Program-made: the position numbers and the translations under genes
Shown here: positions 14,701 through 29,900 of the stretch, piece after piece
How positions within the stretch are numbered: position 1 is the stretch's first letter
Layout: every line of letters starts with the position of its first letter
Source of the DNA: Octopus sinensis
Taxonomy: Eukaryota
DNA length: 64,000 nt
NCBI RefSeq assembly: GCF_006345805.1
Contig: NC_043009.1
Coordinates: forward strand, 25,482,001-25,546,000
Direction: 5' to 3'
Notes under the pieces: generated by a model
What the model saw: only the letters and a program-made list of their open reading frames with translations
What the model was told of the DNA's origin: nothing
Databases searched by the model: none

Positions 14701-17214
14701 TTTGTAAATGGATATGTCTATGTAAACAAAACAATTGAAGATAGAAAAATAGTCAATGAGTGTAGATGCACATTTCAAGAATTATTGCTCTCTCATCAGC
14801 TCAACTATCCATGAACACATTGCTTAAATATCCACTTCGTTTAGTAGTATAACATAGCTGGATAGGTCAATTTACATATTAAACACATTCCTGACAACTT
14901 GTGTGTGCAATTCTATATTTAAGAAATGAGGAATTATGTACATTATTTACATTTGACGGATATTTATCCTCATCTTGTTTATTGTTAACACAACATTTCA
15001 GCTGATATACCCGCCAACCTTCTTCAGGTGTCTTGGGGAAATTTTGAACCTGGGTTCTCATTCTTAAGGTATTTTTCAATGTTGTTATTATTATTGTTAT
15101 TGTTCAGGTCACTGCTTGGAATCGAACTCGGAATCTTGGGGTTAGTAACCCGTGCTCTTAACCACTATGCCATATGCCCGTGGGCAATTATGTCGAATGT
15201 AAATAATGTAACTTGTATGTGCATATTAATTGCTGGCAAGAATGCAGTGTTTCACTTTGCAACCATAACATGCTCTCTTAAGTAAATATTATGGTTGCTA
15301 AACAAAATACTGTGTCCTTGCCAGTAACTAATAAAATGTGTATACTAAGGTGGCGAGCTGACTGAATTGTTAGCACGCTGGGCGAAATGCTTAGTGCTAT
15401 TTTGTCTGTCTTTACGTTCTAAGTTCAAATTCCACTGAGGTCGACTTTGCCATTCATCTTTTCTGGGTCAATAAATTAAGTGCCATTTGCGTACTGGAGT
15501 CAGTCTAATTGACTGGTCCCCTCCACAAAAATTGCAGGCCTTGTGCCTAGAGTAGAAAAGAATAAAATGTGTATACTGATAAATTTCAATGTTGTGCTTG
15601 TAAATTTTCTGTTACAGAGACCCAGAAACGTCGCCGCCAAGAAGAGGAAGATGACCGTGTGAAGAACAAGATCATTTACAAGAAAGGTCATAGGTGAGGA
15701 GACATTCCTTCTGTTTACTCTACAACTATGTCACAATTGTAGTTCCCTGTGGAGGAGAGGAAAATACTGTCAGCCTGCGGATGAGTCTTTTTGATGTATG
15801 CTTTAGAGAAAAGCAGAGAAAATTAAAAACAAAAATGGTTGTTTAGTAACAACCATTTGGTGAATAGTCTTGCTAGCACAGCAATTGCAAAGGAATGCAG
15901 CATAAGCAACGTGTTATTCTGAAAGGAAGAATAAAAACGAATGAGTGTTCTTTCTAGATCAACAGCAAAATCGTTTCTATGTATGCTTTTCCATTAGGAA
16001 GGACAAGCAACCACAGAAATCATGCCAAAGTAAACATTGGAGTGCAATATGGTTTTGTGACCCATGAGATCCTGTCAAACTATCCAACCCATACTGGCAT
16101 GAAAGATGATGGTAATGACAATGACAGTGTATTATTATTATTATAAGTGCCAGTGATACACTGGGGTTGATGTAATCGACTAGTCCCCTCCTCCTAAAAT
16201 TTCAGGCTTCGTACCTATAGTAGAAATAATTATTGTTGTTATTAAGATTGTAGAGAGCTAGCAGAATTGTTAGCATGCTGGACAAAATGCTTAGAAGTAT
16301 CTTTCCCATCACTATGTTCTGGGTTCAAATTCTGCTGAGTTCAACTTTACTTTTCATCCTTTTGGGGTCAATAAATTAAGTAGCTGTGAAACACTGGGGT
16401 CAGTGTAATTGATTAGTCCCCTCTTCCCAAATTTCAGGCCTTGTGCCTATAATAGAAAGGATTGTTGTTGTTGTTAAGGTAGCAGAACTGTTGGCCATTC
16501 ACAAAATGCTTAGTGGCATTTCATTTGTCTTTACGTTTTGAGTGCATATTCTGCCAAGGTCGACTTTTCCTTTCATTCTTTTGGCGTTGATGAAATAAAT
16601 CCCAGTTAAGCACTGGGCTTGATGTAATTGACTCGACCCATTCTGGCAAAATTTCAGGCTTTGTGCTGTAGAAAAATTACCATTTTTATTCTTACCCATG
16701 TGCTATAGTGTACCCTATCAAAAACCACTTTCTTCATTTATGTGTGTGTTTGTGTGTAGCTTTGATTGCAAAAGTGAGCTTCTTAAGCGCACAGCCTTAT
16801 TTGCACCAATATATTAGAAAAAAATAAGTATGTGAGGTTATTTTCTGTTCTAAAGCCATTTTGTTTTGTTTCCAAATGATTTCAGATGTAATTTGAAGCT
16901 GTCAAGAGACAAAGGAACTTCACAGATGGCAGCCAAACTGACCAGTGTTGCTTTCCATAAGCTAACTAATTTGCTGGTGACTGGCTTTGAAGATGGCTGT
17001 TTCTTCATCCACGAGATGCCCGTTGCCAATCTCATCCATTCCTTAAGGTGGGTACAGTTTTTCACTCATCAATACCTGATACTCTCAACTTGATCTTCTG
17101 TTTTGTATTCATAAAATAACTCACATAATGATGGCAGAACAATGGAGGAGGCCCCCACCAACACCCTCTTACATTCATATCTTTTGTCTTTTATTATCCC
17201 AGTCAATACAGTGC

Positions 17215-17248
<34 letters not shown>

Positions 17249-17458
17249 CCTGCTGTGCTTGAGGAGACCTATTGAGTCAAGTACATCAAAATCAAATCAC
17301 AATCAAATGGAAATTGTAGTTGTGGTCCCCATGCTGGCTGCATGTAAAAAGCACCATCCGAACGAGGCCAATGCTGGTGCCGCCTTAACTGGCTCCCGTG
17401 CTGGTGGCATGTAAAAGGCACCATCTGATTGTGATCGATGCCTGGCCCCTGTGCCATA

Positions 17459-17501
<43 letters not shown>

Positions 17502-17964
17502 TTTTATTTGTTTCAGTCATTTGACTGTGACCATGCTGGAGCACTGCCTTTAGTCAAGCAAATCGACCCCAGGACTTATTCTATCGATCTCTTTTGCCAA
17601 TCTGCTAAGTTAAGGAGACGTAAATACACAGCATCGGTTGTCAAGCAATGGTGGGTGGGACGGACACACACACATACGACTGGCTTCTTTCAGTTTCCAT
17701 TTGCCAAATCTACTCACAAGGCTTTGGTCAGACCAAGGCTATAGTAGAAGACACTTGCCCAAGGTGCCATGCAGTGGAACTGAACCTGGAAGCTACTTAC
17801 CACACATATGCATATATACATAGGGCCATATATATATATATATACATACATACATACATACATACATACATAGGGCCATATATATATATATATATATATA
17901 CATACATACATACATAGGGCCATGTATATATATATATATATATACATACATACATAGGGCCATG

Positions 17965-17996
<32 letters not shown>

Positions 17997-18126
17997 ATGT
18001 GGGTTCAAGTCCCATGGCTGGTTGTTGAGTAATTTTTCCACTTTGTAAGTGTAATTTACCCAGTATTTTTGCTGTTCTAATGGCAAATTTGCGTTCAAAA
18101 AAATATCTAATTTGTATCCTTCAATA

Positions 18127-18157
<31 letters not shown>

Positions 18158-21100
18158 GATGTGTGTGATATAATGTTATAACCTGTATTTTCAGTATTTC
18201 CGACCAGTTAGTTGGTGCCGTGGAATTCAACAAGACCGGAGATTGGATTGCTATGGGCTGTTGTGGTCTCGGTCAGTTACTGGTATGGGAATGGCAGAGT
18301 GAGACCTACATTTTAAAACAGCAGGGTCATTTCAACAATATGACCTGTCTGCAATATTCTCCTGATGGTCAGTTTATTGCGACCGGTGGTGATGATGCGA
18401 AGGTCAGCATAAATTTTTCTTATCTTTTATATAAAATATTCTCTATATTCGTAAAGTTTATTTGCCAACAGAATGTAGCAGTCCTATACAGGACGATGTT
18501 ACTGTTGTTTTAGCCCCTGGAAAACATTATTCTTCATAGGATTGCCATATTCTGTTGGTATATAAACATTACCTTCCAGTACTGTTCCTGTATGTCTCTC
18601 ACTAAGAGATTTAAAACAAGTTGTTTTTCTCCATACGAGATCAGCAGTTATATGTCACTTAAAAAATATGCAGTATTTGCAAGTAGAGAGAGCTTTCGTC
18701 TCTAGCTTGTGGTTGTCTCACACTGAGGATGGATAACATCCAGAAACCTAGGTCTGTGAGTATCACGTAAGGCTAGAGACGGAGTGATGATCTCCTTTGC
18801 AAATGCTATACAAACACAAACTGTGTGTCAATAGATACCTAGAGAAGATGTTTTCCATATAAACATTGCCATCCATTACTGTCACTGTATATCTCTTGCT
18901 CAGAGATTTGAAACAAGTTGTTTTTCTCTATTCTTTACGTTTTTATTTATAATTCTTCAATAGCTTTTTTTCTTATATATTTCTTTATATAAAGGCACAT
19001 GGCCTTATGGTTAGGGGATTGTGTTTCTGATTGTGATATGGTTTCAATTCAGGCAGTGAGCTGGCAGAACTGTGAGTATATTGGGCATGGTGCTTAGCGG
19101 CATTTTGTCCGTCTTTACGTTCTGAGTTCAAATTCCACCAAAGTGGCTTTGCCATTCATCCTTCCAGGGTCAATAAAATAAGTACCAGTTGATCACTGGG
19201 GTCGGTGTAATCGACCTATACCCCCCCTCCATAATGTGCCAAAATATGAAACCAATACCATGGTTTCAATTCTCATCATGGTCCAAGCCATCTCTTATTG
19301 GGAAGTAAAACTTCCAAAGACTAGGTGCTTGTACAAGTCATTTGGCATGATTCTTACTGATGGATGCTCTTACTAACACCAACCACTTCACAGGGTGTTA
19401 ACCCTTTCAATACCAACTTGGCCGTAACCACCTCTGGCTCTGTAATACAAATGTCTTGTTTCCATAAGTTCTGAATTAAAATCTTCCACCAAACCTTAGT
19501 CATAATTTATGTTCCTAACACTAGCTGAATGATAACTAAGTTATTTTACTAAATTCTTTGTCATGTTTAAAATTAATTGAAAGAAATACAGAGCATCTCA
19601 ACAGAAATATGGTAATAAAAAAGTTAAAGGTGCATTTTCTCATAGCACCAACAATAGACCAAACTTAAGTTAGTCACAAGCCCTAGAACTTGTGTGACCC
19701 AAGATTCACCCAGTTTCCATGACATACAAGTGGCTGAGATAACATTTCCCCAATAAACAGGATGTCATCCTGTTGCAGGATTTATTTCCCAATGATTGCT
19801 GGAACTCTTTTACAGCTGAATGCACTGCAGCAATACGAAACGAAGTGGTCTTGCTAAAAAACTCAATGCTTTGCCCAGTCTGAAAATTGAAGCTGCAATT
19901 TTATAACCACGTGCACCAAGCCCTAACTACCAGACTGCTTGCCTTTAAACCCTGGAGAGGTTGAGTAATCCTTAATGGGGCAAAACTAGAAAGAGCTCAT
20001 AATTCTATACAATATATAAGTATATTTGTCCTTTCCTTGAAGAGGTTTGTAGTAACAATACATTTTGAAGCGATGCATTGTGGTGGTTCAACTCCACTTT
20101 GAGAGCGATTCTGATAGCCTCAGTTTGAAGAGGGCAGTTGTCCTTTTCAGAGGGTCAGTGTGGTACTCCACATCAGAGATTGTCACTATGGTTAAAAACC
20201 ACCTTTGAAATAACCATCAAAGTATCTGTTTCATGGTATGTGTATCATTTTACATGTTATGTGTTTAAATATATATATATGAAACAAAGTTACCTATGTA
20301 AACAATTCTAAATTTGTAAATTTTTTCAATTTATCTCAGGTGAAAGTTTGGAATGTGATGAGTGGCTCCTGTTTTGTAACATTCTCTGAACACACGGCAG
20401 GTATCACTGGGGTGACCTTCAACCAGCAAGGACAGGTGGTGCTTTCTTCCTCATTGGATGGAACGGTGCGAGCATTTGATCTGAACCGGTGAGGGTCTTT
20501 TACCTATTTCAGTATTTGATAGCTTCCACATTTAACAAGAGTTGTCTATTTAACCCTTTTGTTACCAACCCAGCCAAAACCGGCTCTGGCTCTGAAGTAC
20601 AAATGTCTTGCTTTCATAAATTTTGCATTAAAATATACCACCAAAACTTAGTCACAATTTATGTTCCTAACACCAGCTTAATGATAACTAACTTATTTTA
20701 CTAAATTCTTGGTTATATTTAAAATAATTGAAAGAAACACAGAGCATCTCAAAATAAATACAGTAACGAAAGGGTTAACAGCTATTCAAATTGCTAAAAT
20801 GATTCAGGTTAAATCATAGATTAGGCAGTATTTTTACATTAAATAATACCTGTTCTGCTTAGCATCCATTGTACAATCTCTCTGCCTTCCATCTTGTTTT
20901 TATTTTGTGCTCTGTATCCTAAGATGTTTGAGCATAAAGCATATTTCTCATTCTAAAGGGACTTGAAAGATTACTGTGGCAGGATTTCCATTGCTATATT
21001 GACAAAGATTTGCTGCAGAAGATTTTTTTTTGTTTCTCTCTCCATTTTTTTATCTCTACCTTGCCTATTCTTCCTGCAGAAGAGCATATGTTCGAAATGT

Positions 21101-24100
21101 AAGAGACTTAGGACTTTCCCTTCTATTTTTCCTGAGTGTAAACCTAATACAGTATTTTTTTCACCTCATCTTCATGTACTTTTATTTTTGCACCATATAT
21201 ATATATACTAGCAGTATCGCCCGGCGTTGCTCGGGTTTGTTTCGACCCGCTGGAATTGGAATTTTTGAAAAGTAAAAATTTTGCATTATGTAGCTTGTTA
21301 TTCTCTTCAAGTGAACATTTTTCTGGTTGAAATACACTGAAAAGTGGCGACACAGCAGTGAAAAAATCGTAAAAAATAGGGATTTTCATAGAAAAAAGCA
21401 CCTTTTTGATGTAAATAATTTTTGGTGTTAACATGGTCCGATTTGAATTTTATCTTCTACGGAAGGAAGAGCAACCCTTCTATCATACTCTCAATTTTGG
21501 TCAACTTGCGCCGCAGGGTCTCAGAGGAGATAGTGTTAGTTGAAGGCTACCAAACCTGGCGCACACAGACAACTTCAGCTTTATATAGAGAGAGATAACA
21601 CACACACATTAATACACATACATACACACACACACACACACACGTGTGTATGGATGTATGTATATATGTACACCTGTCCACTTCTTGCCATATTTTTATC
21701 CTTCACTTCCTACACACACACACACACTCACACACACACACACTCACACACACACATGCACACACACACACACATGCACGCACACACACCACACACACAC
21801 CTTAGCTTACAATTTTCTTTCAACAATTGACACTGTCATATATGTATATGTTTGCATGTCTATGTGTGTAAAGAGAAAGTGTGGTAATAGGCGGAGTAAA
21901 GCCTTTGAAGTGAGAGAGGGAAATCGTAAAATATTGAGTTTTCTCGAATTTTTGCTTAATTGGGGGTGAAATTGAAAGAAATTTATATGCCATGACCGAA
22001 TGGAATGTACTTGGAAAAATCATAGGTAAACTCCAATGGAAGAAATTGTGTGAGGAGTAAATCGTTATGTATTTATTTGTTTCTGTTTGCTCTGTATTTT
22101 TTTTGAGTAGTGGTTTAAGGTACACTTGTAAAGAGAAAGTAGGAGAAATTATGGTAATAGCAGGAGTGAAGCAGTTGAAATTAGAGAGGCAAATCGTAAA
22201 ATATTTACTTTTCTCGAATTTTTGCTTAATTGGGGGTCAAATTGAAAAAACTTTATATGCCATGACCCAATTGAATCTACTTGTAAAAATCATAGGTAAA
22301 TTCCAATTGAATAAATTCTATATTGTAGAATTGTATTAAAAAGGAACATGGGAACAGGCAGAGAAAATCTGCCTTTTATCATAAGAGATATATATATATA
22401 TACACACACACATATTTGATTTTAGTACATGTTTTGTAAGACTCCTTTACGTGAACTCAGGTTTTAAAATAGATGTTGTTATCTCTTGGTAGGGTCATTA
22501 TGCCAATAATAAATACACACTGGTTCTATTTCACTTCTTTTATTATTTGTAGACTATTCATTAGCATATAACTAATTAACTGTTTAAATAATCATCAGTC
22601 ATATTCTATCAGTCAATCAATGAGCTAAGTTTGTCAAAGCCCTTTCATTGTCAATGACATCATTGACATGCCCTCTCTATTCCATATATGTCTGTCTGTC
22701 TATCTATCTATCTATATATATATATATATATATATACATACATACACACACACACATAAATGTTTGCCCCTTTTTTTCAATTCCTTCACTTATTTTCTTC
22801 CAGTTATCGAAATTTCCGGACATTTACCTCTCCACAAGCTGCCCAGTTTTCCTGTTTAACAGTTGACCCCAGTGGAGAAATTGTGTGTGCTGGAACTGTG
22901 GACTCATTTGAGATTTATGTCTGGTCCATGAAAACTGGACGTCTGCTCGATGTATTGTCTGGACACGAAGCCCCTATCTCTGACCTTAGCTTCAGCCCAT
23001 CTCGAGCATTGCTGGCCAGTGGTTCCTGGGATAAAACTGTCAAGTTATGGGACATTTTTGAAAACAAAGGAGCAAGGGAAACTCTGACTTTAAATGCCGA
23101 TGGTAATTATGACACTTAATTAAAATTCTTTATTTTTATGTTGATTCATCATGTCAGGTGAATGGGCTGGAGGTGTAATGACATGCTGTCATCAGTAGTA
23201 GTACTGTAAAATTAACCCTTAAACAACAAACACCATGAATTGATGTTTCCAAATGACCTCCGAGCCATCTCCTTTCTCAGATGCATCTAAGCATAAGTAG
23301 CTCTTATTGATGGGAAGAATCGAGTTGCAAAAGGAAGATTTATACAATGATGAAGAAGAAATCTGGGATTATATTGTCTAATATGTCCTTTTATTTATTT
23401 TTCTTTTAAGATACTAGAATGTGATTTCAGGTGATTTTCTTGTTGTTTATAACGAGACAAGCAATCACCGTGGAGACTTCTTTGTTAACACATGTACAGG
23501 AGCAATTAACAACGGAGTGAGGATACACTAATGAAGTTAATGAAATAATAGTTTCTGTTACCCTCAACAATCTAATTAGTGCTGAAGGTGGCATTGACAG
23601 AAGTACAGTATGAGTTGTTACAGTGAAGGATGGGTGGAAGAACTCATGGGTGCTGTTAGCAATGTTGGCAACAAAGAATCTCTTTGCCTCTGTAAAAGAC
23701 TGATCTCTTTGTGAAGAGGTTGCTGCTGTGTTAGTGAAGTATGGAGAGTTATAGAGAGAAGGGAGGTAAATAGGGGTTCGTTGGAAATGTTAATGCTGCT
23801 ATTGCTGTTGAGCAAACGGTCTTCGTCCCTGTGGTGGGAGAAGTCCGAAATGTGGTCCTTTGCTATTCGTAAGACCTGCAGAAGAGAAAGCAGGTCAACC
23901 CCCGACACCGAGAGCATCGACGGATGGATGAGTGCGCATCTAGGCTCAGCGGTTGCGTAGGAAGTCGGGGACAAGAAACAGGAGGAAAGAGTGAGAGAAA
24001 GTTGGGGCGAAAGAGTACAACAGGGGTTTCCACCCACCCCCTGCCGGAGCCTCGTGGAGCTTTCGGTGTTTTTGCTCAATAAACACACAAAACGCCCGGT

Positions 24101-26840
24101 CTGGGAATCGAAACCGCGATCCTCCGACTGCGAGTCCGCTACCTTAGCCACTGGGCCATTGCGCCTCCACTGTTAATGCTGCTGGTGGTTGAGCCGCAAC
24201 AGAATAACAGTTACATAATAACTATTGCAGCCATGTTTGAATTTCTGATTTATGTGGCTACCTTAACATTACAGTTTATATCCTTGTTGTAATCACATGT
24301 CATCATTTCACTTTGCCATCATCTCACACCACTGTCATCTCACGTCGGCTTCATCATGCATTTCTGTCATCATCATCGTCTCATGACACCATCATCATCA
24401 TCATGCATAATATACTTCATTTCTCTGTCATCTCCCCCTTTTCTTTTATAGTTTTGGCTCTTGCATTTCGTCCTGATGGGGGTCAGTTGGCCGTTGCAAC
24501 TCTCAACGCTTCTATAACATTTTGGGACTCACAGTCTGCTGTCCAGACTGGCTCAATTGAAGGACGACATGACTTGGGTTATTTCCGCAAACTGGAAGAC
24601 AAAATAACTGCCAAAAAATCAGCAGCTGGACAGTAAGTTTTTTTTTTTTTTTATCTTTTAATCTATGTTTACCAACTCTGTTACTTTATTTTATTGTATT
24701 TTAAGTTTTTTATTTCTATTTTCTTTCTCTTGGCTTTTCTTTATTTGTTCTTCATAGCTTTATCTCATTGCAAACTCTGACCAGTCATTAACGTTTAGCA
24801 ATGTTTGAACCAAATTAATACTGAAAGGGATGACCCTTGGGAAACCTAGGTGCTAGGTATAAATGTGGTGGTATGTTTTAGAAGTTCCCTTTACAACTTG
24901 GGGATTTAGGACTGAAAACCACTGCATGGCTCTTTCAACATGTATCTTATTGCTTCGTGTGTAAAACTGTAGAGAAGCCTGCTGTATGTATATTATATAT
25001 ATATGTCATCATTATCATGGGCCTCACAGTGGCAATGATGAATGACCGAGACCTTTGGCATTCTGTCGTGCTTGAGAAGAAGACCCACCAAGCCAAGTAA
25101 AATCGCAATCATGCCAGATACTGGTGTCATGCAAATGGCACCCATGCCAGTGGCATGTAAAAGCAGCCTTTACACTCTCGGAGTGGATGGCATTAAGAAG
25201 GGCATCCAGCCATAGAAACCATGCCAAATCAGGCTGGAATGTGGTGCAGCCCCTCAGCTTACCAGCCCTGGTCAAACTGTCCAACCCATGCCAGCATGGA
25301 CAACAGATGATGATGATCATCATCATCAATTTAACATCTACTTTTCCATGCTTGCATGAGTCAGACAAGGGTATATTGAGGGTAAAGTTTTCTTTTGACA
25401 GCATGTCCTTCGTGTTGCAAGGGTCTCTCTTCCAAGTGAGAAAATAATCTCTCAGTCTATCAGACAACAAACAGCTTGGACACCTTATGACAAGATCACA
25501 TGAAGCATGTTCAGAAACCCAGTCATGTTTCCCTGGTGAACTGCAAGCAAATGCCATTGTTAGCGAAGCTATTGTTTAATAATCAGTGAAGAAACACTTG
25601 TAAATAAGGATATAGTAACTCCTTCAAGCAAATATTGACAAATAGGTACAGTCATTGATTATGTGATTAAGAAGCTTACTTTCTAATATCAGGGTCTTCG
25701 GTTCAGTCTCACCGCACAACACCTTAGCCAAGAGTCTTCACAAAGCCGAAGGAGTTTGAAGGGACATGCCCATGATCCATCAAATATCCCTTTTCCATTT
25801 CTTTTCCCTATTACTGTGACAGTGGTCGGTGGGATATGGTTAATCTTTCACTCTGTTATTTTTCAGGGCATTTAACACCATTTGTTATTCAGCCGATGGG
25901 AAAGCTATACTTGCTGCCGGCCGTTCCAAAAATGTCTGCATTTATTCAGTAGAAGACCAAATTCTTATGAAAAAGTTTGAAATTTCTTGCAACAAATCCT
26001 TTGACGGAATGGAGGTAAATATTTTCATATGTGTGTGTGTATGGTGTGAGTGTAATTTTCTGAGCTGTTTCATTATTTGATACAAGGCCATTATTCATAG
26101 TAGTAGTGATGGTTGTGGTGCTGGTGGTTATTTAACCCTAGGTCAGATATTTGATAGGCTTGTGGTCAACAAAACTATTTCAGCAGCAATCGTCTTAATT
26201 TATTTTTTTGCATATCCAAGATTTTGCTATCATCAGTGTAATTTTTTTTCTAAGTGGTAGGATGTGGTTTCAGAGATACTCGGCTGCCTTTTCTAACAGG
26301 TTGAGTTGTCCTCATTTGTTCCAGTGTATTGTGATACAACAGACAACAGTTGTGTAAATGACGATGATAATAATGATGACAGTGATAATGGTCTTTGATA
26401 TGGGAACAAAAGCAGAAAATTTGAGGAAAGGGGCTTAGCCGATACCATTGAGCCCAGTAATTTATTTTATAGTGGCAAACTGGCAGAATCATTAGAATGT
26501 AAAGATGGGTGAATGCTACCAAGCGTTTTTGTCCAGTATTCTGTGTTCGAATCCTGCTATGGTTGAGTTTTCCTTTCATTCTTATGGGGGTCGATAAAAT
26601 AAGTACCAGTCAAATACTGGGGTCGATGTAATCAGCTGCTCCTCTCCCCCATAAACTGCTGGCCTTGTACCAAAATTTAGGAGCAGCTGTGTGGTAAGTA
26701 GCTTGCTTACCAACCACATGGTTCCGGGTTCAGTCCCACTATGTGGCACCTTGGACAAGTGTCTTCTACTATAGTCTCGGGCCGACCAAAGCCTTGTGAG
26801 TGGGTTTGGTAGATGGAAACTGAAAGAAGTCCATCGTATA

Positions 26841-26913
<73 letters not shown>

Positions 26914-29900
26914 ATGTGTATATGTTTGTGTGTCTGTTTGTCCCCCACCCCAACATCGCTTGACAACCGATGCTAATGTGTTTACATCCCCGTAACTTAG
27001 TGGTTCGGCAAAAGAGATTGATAAAATAAGTACTAGGCTGAGAAAGAATAAGTCCTGGGGTGGATTTGCTTGACTAAAGGTGGTGCTCCAGCATGGCCGC
27101 AGTCAAATGACTAAAACAAGTAAAAGATTAAAAATAAATGTAGGATTTACACACCGACCTTGTAAAGCCCTCACCAGCAGCAATTACCCAAATAGACCCC
27201 TGGTTTGGAGGGTTGCCTTTTTTGATCCTCCATTGTGGCCACTTGATTGTCAACCATTGAACAGAGAGAACTATAGCATTTCATCATGGCACCACCATTG
27301 GTGAGCTTACCTTGTTCGTTGTCGTCGTCTGGACGTTGCTGTCAAAAGACATAGGATTCGCAGGGCCTGTGCCCCAGTTTCCAATGTGTGTGAGTGGACT
27401 AAAGCAACATGAATGAAGGGTTTTGCTTAAGAATAATATATACACCACTCTATCCAGGAATTGAAACTGCTTTTGTGGTATTGTGAGTGGAACACCCTAA
27501 CCTCTAGGCAACACACCAGCACTTGGCGTGTTACTTACAAATAAGTGAATTCTGACTAAAAATGACGACACTGGTTGAAACAGGTGAGGAAATATACTGG
27601 ATCATTGAAAATATGTTAAATCATTTGAAAGTGTTATCTTAGTGTGTCCAGGTGAGTCAGTTGTGTAATCACATCGAAACACTTTATTATATTTATCATT
27701 TTGAGCTATTGATTTATATCACTCTGAACAACACTAAATACAGCTGGGTGGATTGAATTGATGGCATTATTAAATACCTGCTCTTCATGGCTGTAATACA
27801 ACGATGCTTGCAGAATAGAAACTTGTCGCCTCAATATAGACTGAAATGATACAGCACGACTAAGAGGAAGAACCAGGTATGCGGTTGTCTCCCTTGATAA
27901 TTATATCTTATACTGATTGATTGAACAGCCTAATGATATCAATTTTTTATAAGAAAAACCCCGCAAAACAATGTGAGGTATAAGAAACACTACAAGTCGA
28001 TGGTTTCTATTTTTTATCTTTTACCTCATTATTTTGCGGTTAGAATCTCCTTCTTTCGAGAAATCTTTGGAAATACGAGGTTGGAAGCTGACTTTTCTGT
28101 TCTGCTATTTATGTATAAAGAGAGCTATTTTGCATGTGCAAGATAAGATTGTTATTGTAACAAATAAGTAGTAAGCAATTCAGTTCTGTTGTTAATCTGT
28201 AGTTTGGTCTTGCTAATGATGATGGCTCTTTTAGTCTCAAATTTCCTCTATTTCATTCTGTGGTGTCAGAAGAAACTTGGATGTCTTGGGTGGTTTTTTT
28301 TTTTTTTTCCTTGTTTGCCATTTATTTCAGAATAATAGGCATTAATACTTGGTCGGGTTTTTTTGTATTTATTTAAATTTCTTTTTATTCTCTTCCAGGA
28401 GTTTTTAGACAAAAGACAAATGACAGAATGGGGTAACATTGAACTCATTGATGATGAAGAAGAGGATGGCACACGTAAAAGTATCAGTTTACCTGGTGTT
28501 CTCCGAGGAGACATGTCATCCAGACATTGGAAGGCAGAAGTTAGAGTTTGCTGTATTCGCTTCTCTCCCACAGGTAAAACCATTTCCATCATTTCTATTC
28601 TGTTATGGATTTCTGTCCATTATTATGGCTTAAATTAGTTTACAACAGCATTTCTCAACTGGGCTTCCGCAAAAGGTTCCTAGGGCTTCTCCAAGGAGTG
28701 ACATTACTATACATGCACATTATATGTGCATGTACATACAATATATATAGGGGAAGAATTCACAAAAAAAAAAAACAACAAAAGATGAAGACAGGTGCTG
28801 TAGACATCAGGAAGTGAAAAAGTCTTTAACGTTTCGAGCCTACGCTCTTCCACAGAAAGGAACCCAGAAAAAAACAAGGAGAGAAAATAATGTGTATTGG
28901 CTAGCAATCTATCATGGTGAGTGCTAGACGGAGGGTTCACACAGGAGAGCTAGGAAGAAGGGGAGACAATAAAGTAGTGGTGATCCCAAAACGAGGGTGT
29001 GGGGCTGGGAAGTGGTCAGTGGTGGTGTGATGATATATTTTAAAAACTTCCAAATATTTGGGTGGCAACAACCAGCGTTTGATAAATAGCGGCTCATACA
29101 CAGGAAAATACGGTACACATCAGGAGTATTTGTCCTAGAGGGTTGTTGTCTATGGGGGAGTAAACGTCCTAGACTCATTCATGCTCTGGACTGCATTCCT
29201 GCTTTGAAAGGAAAAGGATACACACCAACTCTGAAACAAGTCAAATGTCTTGGTTATTTATTGGGATCCAGTTGTATCATAGTGCCACATGGTTGAGGAC
29301 CAAACTGTGCAGTGTAACCTGCAGTGAGCGAGTTGTTGTATAGGATGCAGTGTAGTGGTGAAGACATGGTGCAGTTTCTCCCTTGCCCAGTCTGTTTCTG
29401 TTTGTAGAAATAACTCTTTACTCTTTTACTTGTTTCAGTCATTTGACTGTTGCCATGCTGGCCCACCGCCTTTAGTCGACCAAATCAACCCAGGGACTTA
29501 TTTTTGTAAGCCTAGTACTTATTCAATCAGTCTCATTTGCTGAACCGCTAAGTTACGGGGATGTCAAGCGATGTTGGGGTGGGGGACAAACACAGACATA
29601 CAAACATATGCACGCGTGCACACACACACATATATATATACACACATACATACGACGGGCTTCTTTCAGTTTCTGTCTACCAAATCCACTCACAAGGCTT
29701 TGGTCGGCCTGAGGTTATTGTAGAAGACACTTGCCCAAGATGCCACGCAGAGGGACTGAACCAAGAACCATGTGGTTCGTTAGCAAGCTACTTATTACAC
29801 AGCCACTCCAGTGCCTATAAAGCTTTTCTTTTTTTTTTTTGTAGTTCTAAGTTCTAGCATTCATTGGGGGCCAGTTACTTGATTGATGTCTGTTTCACCA

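Noticed and set aside
14755-14810. Hammerhead-like CTGATGA...GAAAT..ATC on the minus strand
   Set aside because: Helix I cannot form and helix II is weak; at best a very old relic.
23618-24151. 177-aa ORF (and the 177-aa ORF at 25024-25557)
   Set aside because: Both lie over SINE copies and have no protein-family signal.
24090-24171. tRNA genes (also 15110-15185, 50570-50641, 61950-62021 and the SINE heads)
   Set aside because: A/B boxes are present, but acceptor stems do not close and each continues into a repeated SINE body.
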